The notes below the pieces were generated by a model, which ran no database searches, had not been told where the DNA came from, and saw only the letters and a program-made list of their open reading frames with translations. From contig CALCQV010000167.1 of the NCBI GenBank assembly GCA_937894795.1, positions 1,502 through 65,501 on the forward strand: 64,000 nt of DNA, read 5' to 3'. This document shows positions 18,321 to 27,540 of the stretch, piece after piece (within the stretch, counting starts at the first letter, position 1; each line of letters begins with the position of its first letter). The translations under genes were made by a program, and so were the position numbers. The stretch comes from an uncultured Bacteroidales bacterium (lineage in GTDB: Bacteria; Bacteroidota; Bacteroidia; Bacteroidales; Lentimicrobiaceae).

Positions 18321-18395
18321 TCGGGGCGAAAGGATTCGAACCTTCGACCCCCTGGTCCCAAACCAGGTGCGCTAGCCGGGCTGCGCTACGCCCCG
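18321..18395 (-). tRNA. tRNA-Pro(TGG)
   Basis: Minus strand CGGGGCGTAGCGCAGCCCGGCTAGCGCACCTGGTTTGGGACCAGGGGGTCGAAGGTTCGAATCCTTTCGCCCCGA; anticodon loop TTTGGGA; CCA not encoded. Confidence 0.96.
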
Positions 18396-18424
18396 AAAAA
18401 ATCTTCAATCAACTCCTCTTCACT

Positions 18425-18514
18425 TGGCGGTGAAGGGGGGATTCGAACCCCCGGTACCGTTTCCAGTACGACAGTTTAGCAAACTGTTGGTTTCAGCCAC
18501 TCACCCACCTCACC
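18425..18514 (-). tRNA. tRNA-Ser(GCT)
   Basis: Minus strand GGTGAGGTGGGTGAGTGGCTGAAACCAACAGTTTGCTAAACTGT...GGTTCGAATCCCCCCTTCACCGCCA; long variable arm; CCA encoded. Confidence 0.96.
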
Positions 18515-18525
18515 AAACGGGAGTG

Positions 18526-18533
18526 CAAAAGTA
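18526..18533 (-). promoter_or_regulatory. -7 promoter element of the tRNA-Ser/Pro operon
   Basis: TACTTTTG on the minus strand, 11 nt before the tRNA 5' end. Confidence 0.7.
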
Positions 18534-18599
18534 CAAAAGGAATCCTAATAACCAAATTTATTTTGTGATTATTAGGATAATTTTTAGGAATATTTTTTA

Positions 18600-19055
18600 T
18601 TACGGAATATAAAGGCCCTGTGCAGAAACACCGGCACCAAGAAAAGCGCCTATTTTCTCAAGGAGTACGTGTTTATCGATAGGCTTGGCAATATAGTCAA
18701 TACAACCCGAAGCATAGCAGAGCTCCACCTCATTATCATAAACATAGGCTGTTTGTGCAATAACAGGCAGGTCTTCATTAATGCTGTGAATGGCCATGGT
18801 AGCATCAAACCCATTAAGACCCGGCATATTGATATCCATAAGAACAATATCAATATTCTTTTTCTCTCTTACCAGATTTATTGCCTCTTGTCCGGAAGAT
18901 GCCCATAATACTTCGGCATTGGTATGCCTCAGTATAGTCTTCAGATAAAGGAAACTACAATCGGTATCTTCTGCAATTAGGATACATTTACCACTCCAAT
19001 CGTAGATTTTCCCTGGTGAATTATTTTGAAAATCAGTAAATAGTAGTTGTTTCAT
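18600..19055 (-). CDS. Single-domain response regulator (CheY-like)
   Basis: ILIAED, VLMDINMPGLNG, IAQTAY and YIAKP motifs. Start moved to ATG 19055. Confidence 0.92.
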   Translation of the reverse strand: MKQLLFTDFQNNSPGKIYDWSGKCILIAEDTDCSFLYLKTILRHTNAEVLWASSGQEAINLVREKKNIDIVLMDINMPGLNGFDATMAIHSINEDLPVIAQTAYVYDNEVELCYASGCIDYIAKPIDKHVLLEKIGAFLGAGVSAQGLYIP

Positions 19056-19229
19056 GAGGTTGCTTAACTTGCGCACCAAGATGCCATAGCTAAATTATAA
19101 AAAACTTGGTGCAATTTACCATTTTATTTCCAAAAAGCCGAAAAGTAACTTACAAATAGCAAAAAAAGTGCCTATTTAACTAATTTGCAGATAATTTTCC
19201 ATGACTATGGTTTAATTATTACTTTTTAG

Positions 19230-19237
19230 TACCTTTG
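19230..19237 (+). promoter_or_regulatory. -7 promoter element upstream of tRNA-Arg
   Basis: TACCTTTG about 50 nt upstream of the tRNA. Confidence 0.65.
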
Positions 19238-19287
19238 CACACCTTTCCAACAGCAGGTTGTACTTACCGGCTGATGGAATGATAAGA

Positions 19288-19361
19288 GGTCCGGTAGCTC
19301 AGCTGGATAGAGCAGCAGCCTTCTAAGCTGCGGGTCAGGCGTTCGAATCGCCTCCGGATCA
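19288..19361 (+). tRNA. tRNA-Arg(TCT)
   Basis: GGTCCGGTAGCTCAGCTGGATAGAGCAGCAGCCTTCTAAGCTGCGGGTCAGGCGTTCGAATCGCCTCCGGATCA; anticodon loop CTTCTAA. Confidence 0.96.
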
Positions 19362-19402
19362 CAAACCAAATTACTCATCTTCCATTGGTTGACGTGAAAG
19401 GA

Positions 19403-20323
19403 ATGATTAAACAAATCCTCTCTTCCTTTCTTTTTTTTATCGCCCGGCTAATTAGTTACATGCCACTGCGTTGGTTATATGCCATCTCAACTTTCGTTGC
19501 TTTTGTTCTACGAAGTGTGTTACATTATCGCAGAGATGTCATTATTCAAAACTTAAGCCGCTCATTTCCTGAGCTTAAATACAAAGAGATTAAGTCAATA
19601 ACTAACAAGTTTTATAAACACTTCGCTGATGTCTTTACTGAAGTGCTGAAGAGTATTTCCATTTCACGCAATAACCTGCGAAACCGCTTTAAAGTTGAAA
19701 ATCCGGAGCTTATTATTCAATATTATAAGGATAATCGCAATATCATTGGCCTGACAGGCCATATTGCAAACTGGGAGTGGATGAGCATCATCCCTTCACT
19801 CTACCCATTTCAATGCTTTACTCTCTATAAACCCCTTCGCAGTAAATTGGCTGAAAGCCTAATGACCAGTATCAGGCGACGCTTTGGAATGAAACTTCTT
19901 CCCATGACTAATGCAGCTCGCTTTATATTGAGTAATAAAGAGAATAAGGCATTTTATATCTTCATCGGCGACCAGTCGCCTGCAAAAGTGGAGAATGCAA
20001 CAATATTTGAATTCCTTCATCAGCCCACCACTTTCTTTACCGGTGGAGCTAAACTGGCCAGGGCAACCAAAGCCGCCGTGGTTTATATCTCTATCAGGAA
20101 AGTGAAGAGGGGTTATTATTCTGTACGGTTTATTCCAATAGTGACACCCGACCTGTCTGCTTCTAGAGAAGTAACTTCCAATGTTGCATTGCAGCCATCA
20201 GGCATGGAGGGTTCAAATGATATAGAAACGAGCATTCTCAGCTCATATGCCCGATTGCTGGAAACCGATATTCGCGCCAATCCGGTCAATTGGCTCTGGT
20301 CGCATAAAAGGTGGAAACATTAG
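19403..20323 (+). CDS. Lipid A biosynthesis acyltransferase, LpxL/HtrB family
   Basis: GHIANWE, DQSP and WLWSHKRWK motifs. Start moved to ATG 19403. Confidence 0.9.
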   Translation: MIKQILSSFLFFIARLISYMPLRWLYAISTFVAFVLRSVLHYRRDVIIQNLSRSFPELKYKEIKSITNKFYKHFADVFTEVLKSISISRNNLRNRFKVENPELIIQYYKDNRNIIGLTGHIANWEWMSIIPSLYPFQCFTLYKPLRSKLAESLMTSIRRRFGMKLLPMTNAARFILSNKENKAFYIFIGDQSPAKVENATIFEFLHQPTTFFTGGAKLARATKAAVVYISIRKVKRGYYSVRFIPIVTPDLSASREVTSNVALQPSGMEGSNDIETSILSSYARLLETDIRANPVNWLWSHKRWKH

Positions 20324-20351
20324 TTATTGATGTGTGTTAGTATAGTCAGCA

Positions 20352-21569
20352 TTGGAAACATTCAAATCACTTAAACACCGCAATTTCAGGCTGTTTTTCC
20401 TTAGCCAGCTCATCTCCCTTCCGGGCAACTGGATTCAAAGTATTGCCTTGGGCTGGCTGATCTTCCGAATGACTGACTCAGCACTGCTACTGGGTGTTGT
20501 GGGCTTTGCAGCACAGATACCCTCTTTTTTCATTACACCTCTGGCAGGAGTATTCGCCGATAAAGCTGACCGCCGCAGCGTTCTCATAACCACTCAGGTG
20601 GTTTCAATGGTTGTGGCACTGGTAACCGCCTTTGTTGTATTGACAGGGCATGTTACAGTCAACTATATCATCATCGCCTCCATAATTAGTGGCGTGGCCA
20701 ATGCTATTGACAATCCATTCCGTCATGCATTCCTGGTTAATATGATTGACGACCGAAAAGACCTGCCAAATGCTATTGCACTGAATTCCACTATGTATAA
20801 CTCAGCCCGGTTTATTGGCCCACCTATCGGGGGATTCCTCGTTGCCTATGCAGGTGAAGGCATTTGCTTTCTTGTCAATGGCTTGAGCTATATAGTAGTG
20901 GTTGCTTCCTTGATTTCAATGAAGGTCAACAGGTTTGAAAAGAGTCCTGGCAAATCATCCGTATTGGCTGATCTTGTCGGCGGTTTGAAGTATGCCTACA
21001 ATACATCGCATTTGCGGGTATTACTGATGTTGGTAATCATCATCAGCCTTATAGGACTGCCATTTCAGGTATTTATGCCGGTTTTTGCCAAGGATATTTT
21101 AAGCGGTGATTCGCAAACGCTGGGATTCCTAACCGGTTCCCTGGGAGCCGGAGCTTTAACAGGCGCTCTTATTCTGGCCAATCAATCATCAACCATCCGA
21201 TTTCCAAAAATTATCCTCGCCTGTGCTTTGATGTTTAGCATTGGATTAGGAGCATTCACCCTCTCAGAAAACCTTTTTATTTCAATGCCTGCATTGGTAA
21301 TTACCGGCTTTGGCATGGTTGTACTGTTCGCAGCCTGCAATACGCTGTTACAGACTTTGGTTGATGAAAACATGAGAGGCAGGATTGTTGCTCTTTATAG
21401 CATGTCGTTCATGGGCTTCACACCCATTGGAAGTATATTGCTGGGGAGTATGACTGAGATCATCAGCTTGCAGAACACCCTGCTTATTACCTCATCACTC
21501 TGCCTGATAACGGCAGTATGGTATTACCGCCACATGTCTCTTATTAAAGGTGCTATCAAATCGGTGTAA
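20352..21569 (+). CDS. MFS transporter
   Basis: About 12 hydrophobic helices; SLKHRNFRLFF, GVFADKADRR and MRGRIVALY loops; TTG start. Confidence 0.92.
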   Translation: METFKSLKHRNFRLFFLSQLISLPGNWIQSIALGWLIFRMTDSALLLGVVGFAAQIPSFFITPLAGVFADKADRRSVLITTQVVSMVVALVTAFVVLTGHVTVNYIIIASIISGVANAIDNPFRHAFLVNMIDDRKDLPNAIALNSTMYNSARFIGPPIGGFLVAYAGEGICFLVNGLSYIVVVASLISMKVNRFEKSPGKSSVLADLVGGLKYAYNTSHLRVLLMLVIIISLIGLPFQVFMPVFAKDILSGDSQTLGFLTGSLGAGALTGALILANQSSTIRFPKIILACALMFSIGLGAFTLSENLFISMPALVITGFGMVVLFAACNTLLQTLVDENMRGRIVALYSMSFMGFTPIGSILLGSMTEIISLQNTLLITSSLCLITAVWYYRHMSLIKGAIKSV

Positions 21570-21586
21570 CAAGTACTAATTCCATT

Positions 21587-21630
21587 AAATAAAAGAGGCT
21601 GTATTTCAATGAATACAGCCTCTTTTATTT
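21587..21630. terminator. Bidirectional terminator between the MFS and Omp28 genes
   Basis: 19-bp perfect stem AAATAAAAGAGGCTGTATT/AATACAGCCTCTTTTATTT. Confidence 0.88.
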
Positions 21631-21649
21631 TTACAGATATCAATAAGAC

Positions 21650-23767
21650 TTATCTTGAAATAACAAATCTTACGGCTTTCTCATTCTGAGTGCCTTTTGC
21701 TTTCAGAATGTATAGACCGGAAGGAATGTTGCTTACATTGATTGCATATTTACCTGAATTGCTGCTTACATCAATGGTTCTGATCAAATTACCAACTATA
21801 CTGTAGATCTCAACAGTGTTGTAATTATCAATATTGCTGATATAAAGCAGTGAATTTGAAGGATTCGGATAGAGTGAGAACTCGTTTACCGGCCTGTCGG
21901 CAACACCAATATTCAGCAAGGTGGTGAATGAAATCTCGTAATTCAGAGTTGGAATCGAGAAGTTATTCTCAACAGGAAGAATATTTAAATAATACCTCTG
22001 TAAATATTTGAGATTTGGAGTTGGAGTAATAGTAATCAGGGTCTTGGCTGCATTGATGGTAGCTGTGAAACTTACCGGCGTACCGTTAGCTTCCCCTTCT
22101 CTGAATACAATGATATCATCCACATTGTCATTAGTTATTGGAGCACCACCAATCATTCTTACGGCCTGTGAGTAACTTATGGTAATAGGTTGATCAACAG
22201 GAACATTTATAGCCTCATTGGCTACACTTGATGACATGGTTGCACCAACTTCAACTGAATAACCTGACTGAACAATCTTTTTATCTCCTTTCTGAATGAA
22301 GATAGCCACCATAAGGTCGTCCATCTCCTCAACATTGGTTGATGACATATTAACGGTATGGCTGAAGTGATAGTTCTCACCTGAAACGATGTTAACGGTT
22401 GTTCCACTTGCATCAGGTACCATTTTCATCATAACATGGTGGAATTCAGTTTCGCCGTTTGTAGCAACATTCTGGGTGGTGATCTTTTCAACTATAGCTA
22501 TGTGCAGTTTAACATTGCTGTAATTGGCATAAGGAATCAGGTCACCATTAATAATAACATTATTACCCTGGATTTCGTGGGTTGACTGAATGGCAACATC
22601 GGCAAGAGTACCACTGGTTGCATTGTAAGCGGCATTAACAGCAGCTGAACTTGTGGCAATTTTATTTCCATCAATATAAAGGTCGGGTACCGCATTTACA
22701 CCATAATAGGTACGGCGTACACCGCCTTCAGCAGTATAATAAGGATCACCTGATCCCGGCCAGTTCATCTGATATTTTATAAGTGTCAGGTCATCATCGC
22801 CATGCTGAGCAAGGAAAGGATTCAAAGTTCCACTATTAAAACTTGCACAAGGGCCACAGGTTGAGCTGGTGAACTCCTCAAAAAGCGGTTTGTAATAAAT
22901 AAGTTGATCAAGCACGTTGAGTACTCTTACCAATGTATCATTGTCAGGATTATCATCAGTTGGTAATCCATTTACATTTGAAATCCACACATAAAGATTG
23001 TAGACTCCTTCAGGTAGATCCAAAGGATCAGCACTTGCATAATCAGCTGATTGACCTAATGCTACATTCAATCCAGTCAAATTTGTGGTGTGAACGTCGC
23101 CTTCATCAACTCTCCATGATACATCAATTGAATTGATAGCTGTGCTTCCGAGGTTTGAGAACTGCCCTTCAATGGCCTGTTCACCAGCAAAAATAGGAGG
23201 CAGATTTACAGATGAGATAGCACCATCAAGATTTAATGGATTCAGTACCTCAACATTATCAATATACCAGTTCTTCATTGCTGAACTGGTTCCATTCATA
23301 ACGAAACTTAACTGGAAAGTGGCTGAGCCAACATTTGCATTGCTTACCAGTACATTTACCCCTTCTGCCGAAATGGATGTGGTGGCAGCTTGTGTCCATA
23401 TTACATTCCATGTTCCACTACTGGAACCTCTGGTGGCAACAGAAATATTTACAGCAGTAGAGCCTGCGTTATGCTCAAACATGTGTTTGAATCGAACTAT
23501 AAGCTGCTCTGATCCTGTTGTATTGATCTGCGGAGAGATAATACGCATAGTAGTTGTTGGGAATGGGGGATCGTTATCAAACTGAAGTTCAGGAGCTGTA
23601 CCACCTGCCACACTGGTATTAGGATTGGCAAAGTTGGACGTATTGCCCATAATGGTCCAACCCGGTACCGGTATAGTTCCAGCATCAAAATTCTCTTGAA
23701 ATATCAACTGCGCCTGAACACCATTTATTAATAGTGTTCCAAGGATAATGAGTAGAAGTTTTTTCAT
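21650..23767 (-). CDS. T9SS-secreted Omp28-related protein with a CxxC motif and Ig-like domains
   Basis: Signal peptide, EEFTSSTCGPCA, YYGVNAVP, ETEFHHVMMKM, Ig-like domain (LTITPTPNL) and CTD (LYPNPS..GLYILK..RFVISR). Confidence 0.85.
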   Translation of the reverse strand: MKKLLLIILGTLLINGVQAQLIFQENFDAGTIPVPGWTIMGNTSNFANPNTSVAGGTAPELQFDNDPPFPTTTMRIISPQINTTGSEQLIVRFKHMFEHNAGSTAVNISVATRGSSSGTWNVIWTQAATTSISAEGVNVLVSNANVGSATFQLSFVMNGTSSAMKNWYIDNVEVLNPLNLDGAISSVNLPPIFAGEQAIEGQFSNLGSTAINSIDVSWRVDEGDVHTTNLTGLNVALGQSADYASADPLDLPEGVYNLYVWISNVNGLPTDDNPDNDTLVRVLNVLDQLIYYKPLFEEFTSSTCGPCASFNSGTLNPFLAQHGDDDLTLIKYQMNWPGSGDPYYTAEGGVRRTYYGVNAVPDLYIDGNKIATSSAAVNAAYNATSGTLADVAIQSTHEIQGNNVIINGDLIPYANYSNVKLHIAIVEKITTQNVATNGETEFHHVMMKMVPDASGTTVNIVSGENYHFSHTVNMSSTNVEEMDDLMVAIFIQKGDKKIVQSGYSVEVGATMSSSVANEAINVPVDQPITISYSQAVRMIGGAPITNDNVDDIIVFREGEANGTPVSFTATINAAKTLITITPTPNLKYLQRYYLNILPVENNFSIPTLNYEISFTTLLNIGVADRPVNEFSLYPNPSNSLLYISNIDNYNTVEIYSIVGNLIRTIDVSSNSGKYAINVSNIPSGLYILKAKGTQNEKAVRFVISR

Positions 23768-23858
23768 TTGTGCCTGATTGTTAAATTATTACTACGTTAG
23801 GGTTATTGATGATGATTAAAAAAAGCGTGTAAAAATATACTTATTTCTTAATGCAATT

Positions 23859-25649
23859 TCATTTTATGCAGATAAATTTTCCGGAAACTTGATTTGATGA
23901 ATCATATACCCTAATGGTATAGAGTCCCGGTGAATAAACATTGCCGAATGAATAAATGCCGGCTGGATTTGCAACATTGAAAACATCAACTATTGATCCC
24001 ATACTGTTGCGAACTTCAATCTTTACATTCCTATTCATTGATTCCGGAATACGAACACTGATCTGTTCTCCATTAACCGGATTCGGATAGATGCTTAACT
24101 TGCCGGGTTGCAAATTGCTTACCCCTACTCCACTCAAATCTGCATAAGCAGCCTGGAATATTTCCTTGGTTACATTATCCTGCAGGAATATTGCAACCTG
24201 TAAATCATCCATCTCCTCTACATTAGTGGTCGACATATCAACATTATGCTCAAACTGAAAAGGTTCACCATTTTGAATGGTTGCAATGGAAGTTCCATAA
24301 CCGTCGGGCAGCAGGCGCATCATTACATGATGAAACTCAGTTTCACCGTTACTGGCAACGTTTTGTGTGGTTATTCCTTCAAATACAACAACATGCAGTG
24401 TAGCATCAACCAGATCAGCGTAGCTTATGAACTGACCCTTTATAATAACATTATTCCCATCAATGGCATAATAGCTGTCTATATCAATAAATGCAGGAGT
24501 AGCCAATGAGTTCGTAAAGGCGGCATTAACACCCGGACTGGTGGTAGCCACATTTTTACCGTCAACATATAACATCGGAACAGCGTTAACTCCATAATAT
24601 GCGCGACGTACGCCACCCTCTTCAGTGTAATAGGGATCGCCGGCACCCGGCCAGTCCATCTGGTATTTTACATATACCAACTCCTCTTCATTCTGGGCAA
24701 GGAAAGGATTGAAAACACTGTTGTTGAAGCTGGCACAGGGTCCACAGGTTGAACTGGTAAACTCTTCAAAGAATGGCATGCGCGCTACCGTTTGTGTTGG
24801 TATCCTTAGTGTTTTGGCCATGGTGTCATTCAATGGGTCATTATCAGGAATAGTTGTCCCGTTTACAGTTGACAACCATACTTTGAGGTTATGAACACCC
24901 GGTTCCGGAGTCAATGTATGTGTACTGGTGAAGTCATAAGTCTGACCAATAGCTATATTCTGGCCTACAATGATGTCTGATTTGACCTCTCCATCGTTAA
25001 GCTGCCAGTTTAATTTAAAAGATACAATATTGGAAGTGCCAACATTTGCAATGGTTCCCTTTACATCTGTTGAACCGACAAAATAGGTAGGCACGTTCAA
25101 GGCTGTAACAGCTCCGTCCAACTCATAGGGTATAGATAAAATAATATCATCAACTGACCATGAGTTTATGTTATAACTGTTACCGTTAAAGAAGATACAA
25201 AATTGGAATGTTGAACTGTTAACATTGGCATCATTAATTGGAACCATCACAGTAATCGCATCAATACTCGCAGTAACCGTTTTTGTCCAGGCATTTGTCC
25301 ATGCTCCACCATTTGAGCGTGTTGCCACTCCAATTTGGTAATTGCCACTATAATGATCAATAAAATGTTTGAATTGCAGCAGGGCAGCAGAGGCACCGGT
25401 CATATCTATTTCAGGAGAGATCAGCCGGGTCATACCATTAAATTCAGGTGACCACGACATAACAGCCTCCGGGGCGGTACCTCCTGCGTATGTTGATTGT
25501 TCTGCACTCCAGTTTGCTGCATGGGCGTCAATGGTCCAGCCGGTTGGAGGAAATGTACCATCAAATTGCTGAATTAGCACTTGTTGTGCCTGAAGTAGTA
25601 ATCCTGATAATACCAATAATGAGAGTAGAAGTCTTTTTTTCATAGGCAT
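23859..25649 (-). CDS. T9SS-secreted Omp28-related protein, tandem paralog
   Basis: Same core (EEFTSSTCGPCASFN, YQMDWPGAGDPYYT, ETEFHHVMMR) and CTD (IYPNPV..GLYTIR..KFICIK). Confidence 0.85.
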   Translation of the reverse strand: MPMKKRLLLSLLVLSGLLLQAQQVLIQQFDGTFPPTGWTIDAHAANWSAEQSTYAGGTAPEAVMSWSPEFNGMTRLISPEIDMTGASAALLQFKHFIDHYSGNYQIGVATRSNGGAWTNAWTKTVTASIDAITVMVPINDANVNSSTFQFCIFFNGNSYNINSWSVDDIILSIPYELDGAVTALNVPTYFVGSTDVKGTIANVGTSNIVSFKLNWQLNDGEVKSDIIVGQNIAIGQTYDFTSTHTLTPEPGVHNLKVWLSTVNGTTIPDNDPLNDTMAKTLRIPTQTVARMPFFEEFTSSTCGPCASFNNSVFNPFLAQNEEELVYVKYQMDWPGAGDPYYTEEGGVRRAYYGVNAVPMLYVDGKNVATTSPGVNAAFTNSLATPAFIDIDSYYAIDGNNVIIKGQFISYADLVDATLHVVVFEGITTQNVASNGETEFHHVMMRLLPDGYGTSIATIQNGEPFQFEHNVDMSTTNVEEMDDLQVAIFLQDNVTKEIFQAAYADLSGVGVSNLQPGKLSIYPNPVNGEQISVRIPESMNRNVKIEVRNSMGSIVDVFNVANPAGIYSFGNVYSPGLYTIRVYDSSNQVSGKFICIK

Positions 25650-25875
25650 TCAATAGATTTGGTTAGGTTGGACATGAGTGTTCAAATGTACATATTACTA
25701 TATTAACTCCCACCTTTTTGGTAAAAGTTTTTAATTTTTTTTAGTAAAGTCCATTTCTATCATTTCCCAACTTTTATGTGGGAATAACACAAAGTATCTC
25801 CCCCAGAGGTATCCCGTAATTTATCTGGTAGATAATCTCCCGTAAATATCAATCACTAACACAAATAGGCTTTTT

Positions 25876-26451
25876 TCAGAATCTTTCTGCAACCTTATCC
25901 CAATTGATCAGATCCCAGAAGCTTTTGATATAATCAGGCCTTCTGTTTTGATAATCAAGATAATAAGCGTGTTCCCATACATCACAGGTCAATAAGGGAA
26001 TAAATCCATCGGTCATAGGGTTACCTGCATTCGATGTCTGCCTGATGCTTAGTTTTCCGCTCTTATCTTTAACCAGCCATGCCCAACCTGATCCAAAAAC
26101 TTTGATGGCGGCATCAGAGAATTGTTGCTTGAAATTGTCGAATGAGCTGAAATCCCTCACTATAGCTTCCAACAACGCACCTTTAGGGCCTGCAGACTGC
26201 TTTCCCAATGCCTCAAAATAAAAAGTATGGTTCCATACCTGCGCTGCATTGTTGAAAATACTTCCCTCTGCTTCCATTATTATTTGCTCAAGGGTGTAGT
26301 TGCTTTCAAATTTGGTATCCTTGATCAGGTTATTCAGGTTATTTACATAGGCCTGATGGTGTTTTCCATAATGAAAACCAATTGTATTGGCACTGATAAC
26401 AGGTTCCAGTGCATCTGCTGCATAAGGTAATGTGGGTAATTCAAATTTCAT
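25876..26451 (-). CDS. sodB: Superoxide dismutase with Fe-type signature
   Basis: HYGKHHQAY, NNAAQVWNH, FGSGWAWL, SNAG and DVWEHAYY motifs. AAQ/NAG residues suggest the Fe type, but cambialism is possible. Confidence 0.92.
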   Translation of the reverse strand: MKFELPTLPYAADALEPVISANTIGFHYGKHHQAYVNNLNNLIKDTKFESNYTLEQIIMEAEGSIFNNAAQVWNHTFYFEALGKQSAGPKGALLEAIVRDFSSFDNFKQQFSDAAIKVFGSGWAWLVKDKSGKLSIRQTSNAGNPMTDGFIPLLTCDVWEHAYYLDYQNRRPDYIKSFWDLINWDKVAERF

Positions 26452-26515
26452 ATCGTTTATTTTTAAGTGTATTCACAAAGGGTAATCCAACACCACTATC
26501 GGGTAATAAAAATAT

Positions 26516-26546
26516 GGGGTGCAATAGTTTTATATTGTTGCACCCC
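26516..26546. terminator. Hairpin between pepE and sod
   Basis: GGGGTGCAA...TTGCACCCC, 9-bp stem with AT-rich flanks. Confidence 0.5.
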
Positions 26547-26551
26547 TTATA

Positions 26552-27286
26552 TCAAACATTCATTTCATTGCCGGTAATCTGCATCAGGAACTGCAAATCA
26601 CTGCCCGGATCAAGCTCCATTGGCTCCTGTCCTGATTTAAAGACCCTCATTGCATGACGGCCTCTGAGTGACAATTTATCATTTTCATACAGTAAGAGCG
26701 TTGCTTCTCTAAGTCCGGCAACATACATTCCCGGATTTGCCACCAGGAATTCCTCTATTCTCTGTTCTCTGGTTTCACCGCCATGATTGCTAGGATGGGC
26801 ATCCAGATAGTGGGGATTTATTTGAAAGGGTATGAGTGCCATACAGTTGAAGCTGTCAGGCTCTGCGATCGGCATATCATTGGTGGTTTTTAAAGTGGGA
26901 CAGGCTACATTTGACCCGGCACTCCATCCCATATATGGCATACCCTGCAATACCCGCTCTCTGATTGCCTGCATCAAACCTTTCTTTTGCATCTCTTTTA
27001 CCAACTGGAAGGTGTTGCCACCACCCACTGCTATAGCTTCAGCTTCCATAACAGCCTTGATTGGATTCGATTCTTTATGTATGGAATAAATCGTGGCACC
27101 AAGGGTTAAAAATACCTTATTCACTTTCTCTTCGTAGGTATCATAACTGAAGGTAACGCCGGCATAGGGTATAAACAACACCCTCTTGATATTATGCTTG
27201 CTCAGGTATTCCTTGATTTCTTCTCTCGGCCATCCCAGGTAATCTTCACCCGGATTTGTAGAATTGCTGATTAACAGTAGATTCAT
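26552..27286 (-). CDS. pepE: Dipeptidase E (peptidase S51)
   Basis: LLLISNST, GGGNTF, GWSAG (catalytic Ser) and HGGETREQRI motifs. Start moved to ATG 27286. Confidence 0.95.
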   Translation of the reverse strand: MNLLLISNSTNPGEDYLGWPREEIKEYLSKHNIKRVLFIPYAGVTFSYDTYEEKVNKVFLTLGATIYSIHKESNPIKAVMEAEAIAVGGGNTFQLVKEMQKKGLMQAIRERVLQGMPYMGWSAGSNVACPTLKTTNDMPIAEPDSFNCMALIPFQINPHYLDAHPSNHGGETREQRIEEFLVANPGMYVAGLREATLLLYENDKLSLRGRHAMRVFKSGQEPMELDPGSDLQFLMQITGNEMNV

Positions 27287-27540
27287 AATTTGCAGTAATT
27301 GTAGGTTTGACAAATAAGTAATTTCTACTACAAATATAGGGAATCGTTCTTAATATTTCGAATAAAAGCTCAACAAATCAAGGGATGCAACCCCTTATTT
27401 ATCAGTTGCACTTATTTATTAGGAACAGTTTATGTATAAGAGGTCAAAACCTTAACATGAGGCCTGGGAACTAGATGGCGATAGGGAAAAACGAATAAAA
27501 TCCAGATGCTAAAACCTTTGCATGATGCCTCAGAATCAAC

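Noticed and set aside
18321-19361. tRNA-Pro, tRNA-Ser or tRNA-Arg as integration sites of a genomic island carrying copA
   Set aside because: There is no integrase, and I found no duplicated tRNA 3' end elsewhere in the window. The flanking genes look chromosomal.
25876-26451. SOD in an anaerobe as a novelty
   Set aside because: Fe or cambialistic SODs are well known in Bacteroidales.
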